NCBI RefSeq assembly: GCF_004010195.1
Contig: NC_057718.1
Location: 43,585,970 to 43,649,969, forward strand
Source of the DNA: Chiloscyllium plagiosum
Taxonomy: Eukaryota
Reading direction: 5' to 3'
Length of the DNA: 64,000 nt
A program made the translations under genes and the position numbers. Within the stretch, counting starts at the first letter, position 1. Every line of letters begins with the position of its first letter. Positions 39,566 to 54,012 of this stretch are shown one piece after another. The notes beneath the pieces are model-generated. The model was not told where the DNA came from. It was given only the letters and a program-made list of their open reading frames with translations, and did not search any database.

Positions 39566-41935
39566 AAGTGTTAGGAATACAACCTTGGTCACCTTACCAC
39601 TTTCAAAGAGAAAATGTTTGCCCTCCTGGGAGAGGAACGTAACTACTCATGTAGTAATGTCAAGAACTTGGTGTCCTGCCAACCCAGGAATATTCATCAT
39701 CAAATATTGCATTGCTGTCCTGTTACCACAACTGTGAATGCATTCAAAACATGCCCAAATCTCAGCTTATTAGTTCATAACTCATTCTCTCTTGTCTGTT
39801 GCAGTCATCGGTGAATGTCCATGGCCATAAAGAGACCAGACCCTCAGGACATCATCACCTCCTTCATCCTTAAGAAGAAGCCACAGATCTCTCAGGGGAG
39901 GCACCTGCAAGGCTGTCTCCTGCACCCTTAACTACCTCAGATACTGACACCTTTGGGGGGGGGTTGGGTTTGTTGGCTTGAATTGGGCACACGTTCCGGT
40001 AACCACACCACCAACACAACTCTGCACCTGGCTAAGGAAGAAACAATATTGGTCATGTCTTTTGAAGGACGGTCAGGGACAAAACAATTCTCCCTCTCCC
40101 AGGGAGGACCCCTTCATGTCAACCATGAAGATATTCATTCAAATGCACAAGCAAATGCAGGAGCAGTAAGCAGCTTTCTTCGGAGGACTCGGGAAACTGG
40201 CTCAACAGTTGGTGGGGTTTACTGATGTTATTTGTACTGTGCTGCCTCTGGCATGTGACTGTCTGGCTGCTTCTGTCTGGCAGTTATGGAGATCCAGTTC
40301 CAACAGCCTCAGATTGGTGGATATATGAGTACAGATCTGAGTGATCAGCACCAAGGGCAAGTCATTAGGAGACAAGAGTCCTTGACCTCACTCTTCCTTT
40401 TCAAGGAGACTGGGTAAGAACTAAGCTTCTACTTTTAAGCCAGTTCTGTATCCAAATGGCTAGTTCTCCCACATAATGAACCCACTCTGCCTGAGCAACA
40501 CAGCCCCACTGCCTTCGCCCTACCTCCAAACCCCAACCCTATGTGAAAATTACTCTTATGATTGAATGATGGCACATCAAATGTGTTGAAGGTTTCCAAC
40601 AGTTTGTAATTTTAATAAACACTCGCAGCTAGGGTAACCCAAGGGCTGCTGGCTTCAGCAGCATCGAAACATTTCCAATTCATGAAAGATGACTTTACGT
40701 AATTTGCAAAAACAAATTTACAAAGAAGACATGATGAACATCCTTATGTTCTGACTGGGGCACAATGCTTCACCTCTCACAGGTCCACATCCTCTATCAG
40801 ACAGCCTAGGTCATCTTCTAGTTGCATGGAGCAGAGAATCCAAGGATTAAGCCATGTCCTCTTTCTGTCCAGAACAGGAATGAACCAGTAGATATGAACT
40901 GTATGAAAATCTGGTGTGAAATCTGTAGTCCTTGCTGATTCCAATGAACAAAGGTACTGCATTGTTAATTTGCTGGACATCATGGCATAGCATTCTAATT
41001 GCCCCCTCGAAACAAAGTATGGACACTGCTGCCCTTCTCTCACTGTACAGCATTCCACAGAATTCCAGTGACTGTGGCTCACCTGCATGTTCACCACATC
41101 AGGAGGAGAGCTAGGTTGGAAAATCCACATTAGGCAGCAGTTGATATTATTCCTGGGTTTCCAGTTGCATTAAATTTTCATCCAGTTACGTGACTGTTTT
41201 TTTTACAATGGGCACAGAGACAATCGGAACGTGAATCCACTGGGATAGTTCTAATGAGCCGATTAGGACAATATCAGAAACAAGCAGCTCCACAGTGATA
41301 TAATAATTTAGCAATCACAGCACACACAAATAACTTTGAAAACTGTCCTCTAAACATTGGGACATGAAGCCTTGCAATAAGAGGCTGGTGGGATGTCTCT
41401 ACATTGACCTTGCACATGGTTGCCATGTTTCTGATATGTGCTGATTGAGCCTGTTGGCACATTGACAGTAGAAGTTTGTACGTGTAGCAGAAATAATGAG
41501 AACCTTGCACCTCCTCCCCACAATTCTCCCAGTACCCAGGAAAGGTAGCATTATATATGGGGTAATTGTGTGGATATTTTATGGTCCAAGATGTGAAGTA
41601 AGCAGCTACTGCATGTTAGAAGGTATTTGAAACTCTGGCAACTGAGGTAAACTGTTTCAGCTGGCCTGGTATTACTTGTGCTTCAAAGCTATTAGTAGTG
41701 TTAGTTTGTAGTGTTGAATGATTGCTTGTGACCAGAATTTTTAGTCAACACAGCAGGTTAATGCATGAGGTATGCATATAGAATTATATGATAACTGATG
41801 TCTTGTGAATAATTCATTAATGCTTTCACCATTTGAAGGGCCTCATATTGCTCAATAGCAGAATCCTGTCCCTCAGAGAGAAAGAGAACACTCTACCCAC
41901 TTCCATTTTGATTGTGTACTTGTGATTTGGATGAG

Positions 41936-43410
41936 ACTTGAAGATAACACAGGTGTAAGGGTGGATAAATCCTCAGGACCCAATCAGGTGTACCCTAGAA
42001 ATCTGTGGGAAATGAGGGAAGTGTGTGCTGGGCTTCTTGCTGAGATATTTGTGTCACCAATAGCCACAGCTATTGAGGTGCTGGAGTTTGGCTAATGTGG
42101 TGCCACTATTTAAGGAAGGTGGTAAGGAAAAGCAAGGAACCTTAGAACAGTGAGCCTGATATTTGCAGTGGGGAAGTTGTCAGAGGAAATCCTGAGGGAC
42201 AGGATTTATATGTATTTGGAAAGGCAAGGACTGATTAGGGATAGTCAGCAAAGTTTTGTGCATAGGAAATTGTGTCTCAGTAACTTGATTGAGGTTTTTG
42301 AACAAGTGACAAAGAGGATTGATGAGGGCAGAGCAGATGACCTGATCTATATGGACTTCAGTGAAGGGTCCGACAAGATTCCTCTTGGTTGACTAGTAAG
42401 CAAAGTTAGATCTCATGGAATACAGGGAGAACTAGCCATTTGGATAAAGAACTGGCTTGAAAGTAGAAGACAGAAGGTGGTGATGGAGGGTTGCTTTTCA
42501 GAGGGGAGGCCTGTGTCTGAAAATATCAGTGCTGGGTCCACAGCTTTTCATCATTTATATAAATGATTTGGATGTGAACATAAGAGGTATGATTGGTAAG
42601 CTTGCAGAAGACACCAAAATTAGAGGTCTTGTGGACAGAAATTTACCTCAGATTACAACAGAATCTTGATCAGATGGGCAACGGAGTTTAATTTAGATAA
42701 CCGTGGGGTGCTGCATTTTGGAAAGACAAATCAGGGCAGGACTTATGCACTTAATGGGAAGGTCCTGGAGAGTGTTGTTGAACAAAGAGACCATGGAGTG
42801 CAGGTTCATAGTTCCTTGAAATTAGATAGGATAGTGAAGAGGCATTTGGCATACTTTCCTTTCTTGGTTAGTGCATTGAGTATAGGGAGTTGGGAGGTCA
42901 TGTTGTGGCTGTACAGGACATTTAAAGGTTCAGAAAAGATTTACAAGGATGTTGCCAGGGTTGGAGGGTTTGGGCTATAGGGAGAGACTGAATACACTGG
43001 GGCTATTTTCCCTGGAGCTTCGGAGGCTGAAGGGTGATCTTATAGAGGTTTACAAAATTATGAAGGGCATGGATAGGCTAAATAAACAAGGTCTTTTCCC
43101 TGGGGTGGACGAGTCCAAAACTGGAGGGCATCGGTTTAGGGTAAGAGGGAAAAAATTTAAAATAGACCTAAGGGGCAACTTTTTCAAGCAGAGATTGGTG
43201 CATGTATGGAATGAACTGCCAGAGGAAGTGGTGGAGGCTGGTATAATTGCAACATTTAAAAGGTACCTGGATGGGTATATGAATAGGACGAGTTTAGAGG
43301 GATACGAGACAAATGCTGGTAAATGGGACTAGATTTATCTCGGATATCTGATTGGCATGGGTGAGTTGGACTGAAGCTTCTGTTTCCATGCTGTACATCT
43401 TTATGACTCT
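41936..43410 (+). mobile_element. CR1/HER1 LINE, 5'-truncated, decayed ORF2
   Basis: ORFs 42150-43332 (CLSNLIEVFEQVTKRIDEGRA..IYMDFS; GHRFRVRG..WNELPEEVVEAG); tail tatgactct. Confidence 0.93.
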
Positions 43411-45290
43411 CGTGCTTCACAGATTGAGTTGCAGGCTCACTCTCTTAGTCTAAGTGACTCCTCTTCATGTTCTTTTCTGCCTTAGTTTTCTTGTTAATGT
43501 CACCAGCGTGATCTTCTCAATGTTTTCACTGAACTCATTGATTTAACTGTTCACATCTCACTTTGTTTGACTAAACGTTATGCCTGGGGTTCAGGGAGTA
43601 ATGTATTGTCCTCCCCATTGAAGCCAGGTTAATGGTGACTCTTGGTAACAGTCCATCCCTCAGAACTCCATGCTCTCCCATTCTGTATTTTCTCCCACCC
43701 TTATATGTTGACTTGCCCTATTTATAATTATCTTCCCCTCTGTAGGCCAGTATGCTGCCTTTAATCCTCACAATTGACTTACCCACCTTGCCCCAAGTGG
43801 TCCCTGATAACCTTCCATGACTTTCAGTGGACAGAATACTGAGATCGATTTTGATAAACCTTCTAACTGACTGAATGACCAACCTGACTGATGCGTGACA
43901 GGGCCCCCAACTAACCTTTATACAGGTCCCTTTCTGACTTACTGCTAATCTCTGGATAGGTTGCTTTAGCCCTGCAGGACTGATGATGGTGCATTCCCTG
44001 GACTGTAGTGATATGGATCCTCCCAATCTTGGATGACCTAAGCCACCAACTGACTGTGTCAAGCCTTGGACTGAAATTAGCCAATGCCCTTGGACTGTGG
44101 TACCTGTACCTCTGACTGAAGACAGCCCCTGCAGGGTTTCTCCCTTCACACTTTGAGAATGACCATTTGACTGAAGCACAGTGTGCTTTCTGTTTAAGCT
44201 GCTGACACATAGTTTTATTTCAACATTGACATAACATGGTGCTGTGCAGCAATGTGGCCACTCGCTTGCCTAATTACTGCTGACAGCTATGATAGGTTGC
44301 CTGGCTCTGTATCTGCACTGAAAGGCAGCGCAAAACAAGCTTATAAGTTTTGAATGAAGTGGTGAAACACAAGGAAAGGCAAGATGTGGCAGAGGTCATG
44401 TGAGGATCGAAGTAGGCACAAAGTGACTGTACGCTAAGAGAACATGGTAAAATTCCTGAGATGTCCCTTTCCCCAACCCATGAGGTGGCTGCTTGACCCT
44501 GTGTATGAAGTGATCTGGCAGCATCATTACAATGCAAGGTGTTAATGTGTTCCAATGCGCAGTACTGTAGTGAATAACTGTACTTTAAGTGAGTTGGAGA
44601 TATTGCAGAATGACGTAATGTTCCTGATTCAGTTCCAATGTCAACTTCCATGGGCAGGATGGAGTGCAGGCAGGTGCTGCCCATAGGGTGTCCCAGAGAT
44701 GTTGGCGTCGACTGACAAAGGTGGAGGCCTGGACAAGCAAGTGGCAAGTTGGAGCCATTTTCATGTCTGGAATTGTCACTGTCATGTTTCTCTCCTCCGT
44801 GTGTGAGAATAGCAAACTGCATACAAATGAAGTGAGAATAGTTAATAATGAAAGACAAATGATGGCAAATAGGTCTCTCACTGTTCACTACTCTCATCTC
44901 TTCATTTAAACCTTGAGTGGAAGATCAGACATGCTTTTGTCAATGTTGACTATCTTATTTTTCCAATCTTGGCATATTTTCCCTGATGACTTGCCATTAT
45001 CCATATTGTATGGCAGCTGGAAATATTCAGCCCACAGAGTTAATGTTTCAAGTCCAATGCAACCTCTTTTGAAGAAAAGTAATTTTAGACTCAAAACTGT
45101 GTTTTCTTTCCATCGATGCTGCTTGACTTATTCGGTTGCCCCAGCACATGTTATCTATTTTTCAGGTCCCAGAATCTGAAATGCTTTATTTATGCTTCAA
45201 ATGTGAACAACCATTAAACAGTAAATACCCTGAAGATGTTCTCTTCTTTGGTCTCTCAGTTCCATTGCATTGTTTGAATTAGATATCAAT

Positions 45291-46588
45291 CATAGATAGA
45301 GTCATAGAGATGTACAGCGTGGAAACAGACCCTTTGGTCCAACCCTTCCATGCCGACCAGCTATCCTAACCCAATCTAGTCCCACCTGCCAGCATCTGGC
45401 CCATATCCCTACAAACACTTCCCATTCATATTCCCATCCAGATGCCTTTTAAATGTTGCAATTGTACCAGCCTCCACCACTTCCTCAGGCAGCTCATGCC
45501 ATACACGAACCATCTTCTGTGTGAAAAAGTTGCACCTTAGGTCTCTTTTGTATCTTTCCCCTCTCACCCTAAACCTATGCCCTCTAGTTCTGGACTCCCC
45601 AACCCCAGGGAAAAGACTTTGCCTATTTATCCTATCCATGCCCCTCATAATTTTGTAAACCTCAGCCTCTGACACTCCAGGGCAAACAGGCTAGCCTGTT
45701 CAGCCTCTCCCTATAGCTCAAATCCTCCAATCCTGGCAACATCCTTGTAAATCTTTTCTGAACCCTTTCAAGTTTCACGACATCTTTCTAACAGGAAGGA
45801 GAATGGAATTGCACACAATATTCCAACAGTGGCCTAACCAATGTTGTGTACAGACACATCATGACCTCCCAACCCCTGTACTCAATATTCTGACCAATAA
45901 AGGAAAGCATACCAAATGCCTATTTCACTATCCTATCTACCTGCGATTCCACTTTCAAGGAGCCATGAACCTGCACTCCAAGGTCCCTTTGTTCAGAAAC
46001 ACTCCCTAGGACCTTACCATTAAGTGTATAAGTCCTGCTAAGATTTTCTTTCCCAAAATGCAGCACCTCGCATTCATCTGAATTAAACTCTATCTGCCAC
46101 TTCTCAGCCCATTGGCCCATCTGATCAAAATCCTGCTGTAATTTGAGGTAACCTTCTTCGCTGTCCATGACACCTCCAATTTTGGTGTAATCTGCAAACT
46201 TACTAACTGTACCTCTTATGCTCGCATTCAAATCATTTATATAAATGACAAAAAGTAGAGGGCCCAGCACTGATCCTTGTGGCACTCCACTGGTCACAGG
46301 CCTCCATTCTGAAACACAACCCTCCACCACCACCCTCTGTCTTCTACCTTTGAGCCAGTTCTGTATCCAAATGGCTAGTTCTCCCTGTATTCCATGAGAT
46401 CTAACCTTGCTAATCAGTCTCCCATTGGGAGCCTTGTCAAACGCCTTACTGAAGTCCATATAGATCACAACTACTGCTCTGCCCTCATCAATCCTCTTTG
46501 TTACTTCTTCAAAACACTCAATCAAGTTTGTGAGACATGATTTCCCACACACAAAGCCATGTTGACTATCCCTACTCAGTCCTTGCCT
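45291..46588 (-). mobile_element. CR1/HER1 LINE, 5'-truncated, RT domain largely open
   Basis: ORF 45920-46552 YMDFSKAFDK..SGVPQGSVLGPLLFVIYINDL..KFADYTK; (ctatgact)n tail. Confidence 0.95.
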
Positions 46589-46850
46589 AATAGAATGTTT
46601 ACGTTTTTTGTGATGTTTTTGCTAAATAATATCTGGTACGTGCAAGGCTAGTTGCAAATGCATATTTTCCACTTGCTATTTTTGTTAGATATGTTAGGCT
46701 AACCAGATTTAACTTATTGCATTTAACAGGAATCTGCATTTAATTCAGTAGTTGTAATTTGAGTAATGTCACCTTGAAAGTAGTGTTGAGGGGTAAATGG
46801 GAAGTGGTAAAATGTGCAAATATAAATTTCTAACCTAAATTTCTTCCGAG

Positions 46851-47125
46851 GAATAATAATTTAATATGAACTAAGCATGTGAGAATTCTTACAACCAGAT
46901 GGGTTGTATAATCCTCCTCAAAGATGCATTTTTCAAGACAGTGGATTCTTTAACCTTTAATCAAACTTAGAACCACGTTATGAAAATACATCAATTCCAC
47001 CACAGACTCATACAACGCTTACTAATTTAGCACCATTTACTGTGTATGAATTTCAAGTGCATGCAATTAATATGGCAGGCACTGCACTCTCTCTCAGTGG
47101 GTACCAGGATAAACTGCAGAAACTG
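46851..47125 (+). pseudogene. USH2A: USH2A exon 18 remnant (FN3), four stop codons
   Basis: ttccgag|GA ATA. GIII*YELSM*EFLQ..IFQDSGFFNL*SNLEPRYENTSIPPQTHTTLTNLAPFTVYEFQVHAINMAGTALS/QWVPG*TAET G|gttagt. Stops at 46862, 46880, 46958 and 47110; +2 slip in the CT run near 47090. Confidence 0.92.
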
Positions 47126-48670
47126 GTTAGTATTAACAAATTTTATCAACTGATTTACAGAATATATGAATACAATTGTAATTTGTCATTTATTTAGTAA
47201 TGCAGCAGTCAAATATTTTATTTGATTAATATGTTTGATTGTATAGTGCATAAAATGCAGTTGTATTTTTGATTCAGATAAACACATAGCCATGGTGAAT
47301 CAGATGTTAATCACAGGCCAGTTAGAGTACAAAGGCAGGTCAATTTTAACAAACTTTTTCTATTCTTTTCAATTAAATATTCTCTACCTTCATGGATAAC
47401 AAAAAATATGGAAATGCTACTTAATTTATTACTCGAATGCAAAGAGCAATTCAAAACAGTTTAACAAATAAGTTCTGTTTTTGGAAGAAGGTGTAAAACT
47501 AGCTGTCAACTCACTTTGAGCTTGTTTTGTTATTGGCGCAGAGCAATTTTGCAACAATTATCCATTTTGTAATGAAAATAGAATTAACTTTCTTAACTTC
47601 TGTTAATAGTTCAATAATCCAGAGTAGAAACTGCTCCAATGTATCAGCATCATGTTGGAGATGAATGGGAACCAACATTTCACAGTGGCCGTTTCCTGTG
47701 GCCTGCTACAGGGTCCTTCTCACCTGATTGGAAGGCAAACTTGTCAATCAGGCTAACATCCAGGCAAGTGGTCTGCCAATAATAGAAGAAGCATGTTATT
47801 GCTGCAGCATGTGGTTCTTTTTGTGTTTCTTGTCTGATACTCTGCCTTGTCTATGTTTCCTATCCCATTAACCAAAGATGCTGGAAGGAGAAAATGATTT
47901 GAGAGAATAAAGAGCAAAGAAGAAAGAAGGTAAGATAGAAGAGCAACCAGCAAGACAGAAGAAAATAATTAGCCGAAGGAAAAGGAGTCCAGAGACCGTT
48001 CCACTACTTTTATTTGGTCCATGAGCAATACCATAGGAAGACAACTAGGAGTTAGTTATCATTGTTTATATTAAATATGTTTATACTCTGCTTTGAAAAT
48101 TAATTTATTTATTTATCTATGTGTCAACTTATATGTCTAGAATATTTTAGCATGGTTCATAGATCTAGCACAAGAAAATTCAATAATCGTGCTGCAATAT
48201 CATCTTTAATAATACATAGGTTCAATTTGAAAAGGTAAAATTATTCTTTAATGGAGAGTATTGATCGCCAATAGATGCTACTTAAGCAACAATGAACATG
48301 AAAAGGAGTGTATTATAGACTTTTCTTGACAGGTTTCTGAACTGCAACATCCTTGGTAAAGTACACTTGTTCCCCTGAGTAAATTGCTAGATTGACAAGT
48401 TTACATATAAACTAGTTTTAAATTGGGTAAAAGTCAAAGAGGATGAATGCACTGTTGAAAATGAAATGGAAAATCTCATGTTGTTACTGTCAACTTTAAA
48501 ATTACTGTCAAACAGATTTTCAGACAATGACAAGGTGTAATTTAAATGTGTACATTTTCCTTTCTTTTCACTGTTTTTTACAGACAGATATTTTCTGCAA
48601 TTTTTTTCTTGCTTTATCATTTGATGTGCCAGAAACTTCTTTTAAGTTGACATGTCTTTAATCCTTTTAG

Positions 48671-48835
48671 CACCCTTGTTTATGGCTGCACTCAGTTCTC
48701 TCACTCATCATCTGTTTTAAATATCACAAAGGTGCAACTAAGCAACAATTGGGTAAGAGGAGAAGTGATTGGTATATTATCAACATTGATGATAAACAGG
48801 CCACTAATCAATTTGCACTACTGATAATTTCATGA
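48671..48835 (+). pseudogene. USH2A: USH2A exon 19 remnant, frameshifted, donor not recognisable
   Basis: ccttttag|CA CCC. APLFMAA/SVLSL/SVLNIT..NNWVRGEVIG/YIINI versus recalled human APVFMIPPSVFPLSSYSLNISW..NVTRGKVVGYDINM. The 3' end is approximate. Confidence 0.8.
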
Positions 48836-51800
48836 CGAAGTTTCTTCTTCATAGGTTTTTAGTATTAATTACTTCAATAGTTTTGATCTGTGAAAAATAT
48901 TTACCAATGTACCTACTTTGTTTTACTTTATTACAATGTTTTGTTAATTTTGGCATATTCAAGCTGACAAATGTTAATCATGGGCAGTGGGTTATCTTCA
49001 ACTCAATTTCAGCACTCAAGTCTGTTATGATTGTATAGATTATAATCAAATGAAGAGAAGTTAACTTTGGATTTCTCCTTATTTGACCATAATGGTATTT
49101 TGTTTGAGAAAAGGATATACTTACCAGCTCAGTGATTTCTCAACTATTTACGCACTATGACTATGAAAGAAACAATAGGACAGGTTTTCTTGAGTTCAAG
49201 AAAGGAAGGTTAGCTTTATGATGCTCAAACAAATCCAAGTTAAATAATTAATTGTAGACTTTCTCTCTTCCAGCATCCACCGGAATCTCAAGCAAACACA
49301 ATACAGGTTATGGAGCGGGAAGGATACAGAGGTCAAATTACAGTCCATTTTTAAAAAAAGTGAAAGAAAATACAGTCAGTAGTCTGGTCACTCTGCTGGC
49401 TTCAGGTGAAATAGGTTGGTTTTCTGTTTTCAATACAAAGTTAATTAAAACTGAAGATGAATTAATTTGGAGATACAATTGAGGAATTGAGGTTTTTTTC
49501 TTTAAATATCTCTGCCTGAAGCAGATAGAAAGAGGAAGTCAAGCAACAGCATTTCTGGCCCAAAAGCTTGCAAGTTGGGTGGAGAGACAGCAAGGGAGAA
49601 AACAAAACGTACTTTAGCTTCTCAGGTGCTTATTTTGTTCTCCTGAGAAGGATATGCTTCAAAAACACAAAGGAGTTGGTTAGTTTTTTCACTGCTCTCT
49701 CCAACTGACCAGAAGTTCAAACGTGATTGCTCATTTTAATTGTATCGCAATGTGATCAGGTCCAGGAATTGCTGCTCTCAGTCAAATTTTCATTGTATGA
49801 GTGATTAGCTTTAATGGCCTGCCTCCAGCATTGTATGCTTGATTGCCATATGTTCCTTGTTCATGAGACAGGAGGTGGCAGCCCTTTTAACTTCCAGGGA
49901 TTCGTTATCTTTTGGTGGGATGCACACTTGCTGTCTCATACTCAGTGGGGTTGTATTTTAAAAGTATTTTTGTTTTGTTTGAAAAGGCTACTTCTTATCA
50001 GTTCAGTTCATGTTTCCAGCCGATAGATTAAAAATCACAGTTTAGCACAGTTGACATGTGCAACTGACATGGCTCATTGCAGAGAGACACCCCTTTTTTT
50101 CAAGACAAACAGGGAACTTCAGAATTACAAATTTTAGTACCTAGATAGTGACACTTCATTTATTGTGCACTCAAGTTCACTTGGAACTGAATTCACTTAA
50201 TTTAGAAGCCATGAAGTTGGCAGGTCGGAGAGATAAATCCCATCCATCTGAGCTGCATCTTAATATCTGTCTCCTAAATAGAGTGTATTTAAACAATTAT
50301 TGTAGCATGTTAACCTCTATGTAGTTCTTTGTGGTGGTAAATATACTTATCAATATTATGTGAAGTAGTCCTGTACCTGAATATGTACATTATAAATTCA
50401 TACATTGCAGCTTTAATGGAAACTACCCACTTAAAATGGTAGAATTTTAAACACCTGCTTACCAGTGATAGCATGGTAATGCTTCAGCTATAGTTCACAG
50501 AAACCTCTTTAATCTAACTAACATTACAGGATCATTTTAATCTAACTCCACTTGTTCACTTCAACCATATCTTTAGGAAGACTATTGGCATTGATTACTT
50601 TTGCTCTGGCTTTCTTCAAGTATCCATCAATTCATGTCTCCAACCATCTGATCTTACCCTCTTCCTCTTTTGTTTTTACTTTCAATTACTTCTTTCATTG
50701 TTGTCAAGAGAAGGCTATTGAGATGTTGTTTCTGAGTTGGATGTGTGGCTATCTCTCTCTGTCTCTCTAGGTATAATGAGCAACTTTTTGATTTCCTGAA
50801 CTACTGTTAATCTAACTCAATTATTTGGCTTTCTGGCCATGCAGCTTACTGAGCGCTCTGCACCATATGTGAGTTTCAGTAGGAGTTGTTTTCCTGGTAC
50901 CTTCTTTCCTCAGAGCCCAAGTCTTAGAACTGTAGAATGGAGCACTGTATACTAGTGACTGCACTGGACCTTTATACAACTATATGCCAATACTTTGGAC
51001 TTCTAGATTCCAGTTAGGTCATCAGGTGCAGCTATCTATAGCTCATTCAATCTGGATTTTGTTCTTTAGCATAACTTTAACAAGGGACTTAAAGTTTTCC
51101 AGTGCCTTTTGTCATTGTTTCCAATCTCGACTTTACCCTTGACACTTAAAGCTATAAAGTCAATCTTTTGCCTTATTTATGGTCAGTCAAAAGACTCACT
51201 GTGTCTTTGCGCCTGATCAATTTAACTTGGTTAGTTTCCTGCTAGTTAGATTTATTTTGAATTGATTCTATCTTTATCCATGCATTGCAAACTGAAAAAT
51301 TCAAATCAACCAAATGTTCCACCTGGGCCCTATTGCCTTTGCTCTTAACCTGCAGTAAGTTCAGTTAAGCAGGCAGCATATACACTGATCTGATGTCAGC
51401 AACGCAATGTTTAAATAAACAAATTGATGCCATTATTGGACTCCAGCTGCTATGTTATCTTGACCTGCACAAACTGTTACATCTTTCCCACTGAAGCCAG
51501 ACAAGGATCACAAACAAAAACAGTACTATAAGTATTCTTTATTTTTGATGAGATAGGGAAGGAAGTGCTGGGGTCTATTTCAACAGACACACCATTTCCA
51601 ACTCTCCAGAGTGAAATCTTTCCAAAGCCTTGGTGCTGAATGCTGTGAAAGACCATTTAAATGTCCACAAGCAGGCCAATAGGTACTTCCAGTTCACTCT
51701 GTTTCTGTTCCAAACTGGATGCCCGCTCTCAGTATATTATGAAGTCTAACAGCTGGTATTGCTGATGTTCTCTTTCTGCTATGGTGTGTAAGCCTCAAAG

Positions 51801-53302
51801 TGAAATGGGTGAGATCTGAAATAAAAATAACATGCTGGGATAATGAGTAGGCTTCCTCTGTTAAAGCCAATGGTTGTTGAAATTTCCCCAATGTTTGATC
51901 TTCAATTACACATGTACGTGAAATGCCATATGATGCTAAATGCTTTCAAATTTTATATATTGACAGTATGAGCAGTCTCACAACCTCAAGGATAGCTAGT
52001 GCTGTGAATATGCTATTAAGTGACAGTGGAGAACAATAAGCAGCAGTTAGCATTACATGACAACTTCAAACTGAGCTAATATCCTCAGATATGTCCTTCT
52101 TTTAAAAAAGGCTGTCATATTGAGTATGCAGAAGTGTGAAATAACTTATGAATTCAATAGATGTTAACTTCAATCCTGATTGAAAGGTATGAAAATAAAT
52201 ATACACCTGTCAAAATAGTCAAATATTTTGTAAAGGCATCCAAATGAGGAGTAATAACATCAATCTGAATATGGAGTGCAAAAATTGCAATGGCCATGCA
52301 CTAAATCTTGTCGTAATAATTTTAATTTAGAATAGTGCCTTTTGCATTGTAAACTATCTAAAGAAAATCAGATAAAATTTGATACTGAGCCACATAAAGA
52401 GATATTACCCAAATGCTATGTCAAGAGATCTGTTTTAAGGAGGATTGTGAAGTAGTGGGGCAGAGAGATTTATGAAAGGAAATATTTTTTCCTGTACTCT
52501 ACACTGATACCCCTGTCAATGAAACAGAAACACTCACTGTTGTTTTAATGTTTGAATTTCTCAGATCTCGCTAGCTTGTAGCCAATGGGCAATCTTTCGG
52601 TGCCAGAGGCCAGCTCCATCACCGAAGCATGTCTCTCCACTCCCTTAAGGAAAACAGCTTCCCACTCTTCTCCTACTCCCAACTTCACACCCATATTATT
52701 TTCCCCCCTCCCCCACTGTTTTTCTCTTCAACCTCCTCCTCTTCTCCCACTTCTCCATCTCGCATTCTAATTCATTCAGTTTCTGTCTCTCTCTGTCAAT
52801 CATTCTGCCTTCTCTCCAGAATGGAAAAAAAAGCAGGGCATCATAACAAGGTGCCGAGTATAAAGAAAGTTCACTCAAATTGACTCCCTGATATTTGCCA
52901 ATACCTGTTACCAGTGTCATAAAAGGGATAAGTATAATTAACCATAACTTTCCCTGAGCATCTTAATATACTGGATCCTAAATTACCCAGGAATATTATC
53001 ACAGGAGATTAGTTAGAACATATAGTTTATGCTTTAAATATATTTTTTTAAACTTCACTGTGCTAAGTGTTCTTGGTTTGTGAGATGCTGTAGTTAATTC
53101 TTGTATGAGAAATAACATCAATCTCAGGTGCATCAACATTACTGTTAACATTAAGAGCTACAATTAAGGGTCTTGTGGCAATATGATCATGTCCCTATGT
53201 CAGGGTTAGAAGGTCTGGTTTCAAATCCCACCTGGAATGTACTGGCCATTGGGTATATTATAACATGTTCAAATAGGTTGATTTTTATAAATATGGCTGA
53301 AC

Positions 53303-53841
53303 AGGACATTGGTAGGCCACTTTTGGAATATTGCATTCAATTCTGGTCTCCCTGCTAGAGGAAAGATGTTGTTAAAATCAAAGATTTGCAGAAAAGATTT
53401 ATAAAGATGTTGCCGGGTTTGGAGGGTTTGCGTTATTGGAGAGCTGGGGCTATTTTCCATGGAGCATTGAAAGTCTTATTAAAAGTACTTTAAATCATGG
53501 GGGGCATGGTTAGGGAGAATAGCCAAGGTTTCTTTCCCAGCGCAAGGGACTCCAAAACTAGAGGCCATAGGTTTAGAGTGAGAGGGGAAAAATTTAAAAG
53601 GGACCTAAAGGGCAACTTTTTCACACAGAGGGTGGAGCATGTGTGGAATGAGCTGCCAGAGGAAGTGATGGAGGCTGGTACAATTACAACATTTTCAAGG
53701 CGTGGGTACATGAATCGGAAGGGCTTAGAAGGATATGGGCCAAATGCTGGCAAGTGGGACTGAATTAATTTAGGAAATCTTGTTGGCAGGTACGGGTTAG
53801 ATCAAATGGTTTGCTTCTGTGCTGTACAGCTCTATGACTCT
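53303..53841 (+). mobile_element. CR1/HER1 LINE 3' fragment
   Basis: RPLLEYCIQFWSP; ORF 53497-53763 TRGHRFRVRGEKFKRDL..WNELP. Confidence 0.92.
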
Positions 53842-54012
53842 GTAAAGGTCTTGAGATGCAGTGATAATATCATTAGTTACTTCACCTCTCAGCTGCTCTT
53901 GAGATGTATCCAAACAGCATGATCAACAATAATTATAGAGCCACCATTTTTTACCTCTTCCTCAAAGCATAAGGTAAAGTAATACTTAATGGTGTAGGAT
54001 TATAACACTAAA

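Noticed and set aside
43718..44909. Longer ORFs (153 aa and 207 aa, minus strand) as novel genes
   Set aside because: No recognisable domain or splice structure; likely chance ORFs in old GC-richer TE debris.
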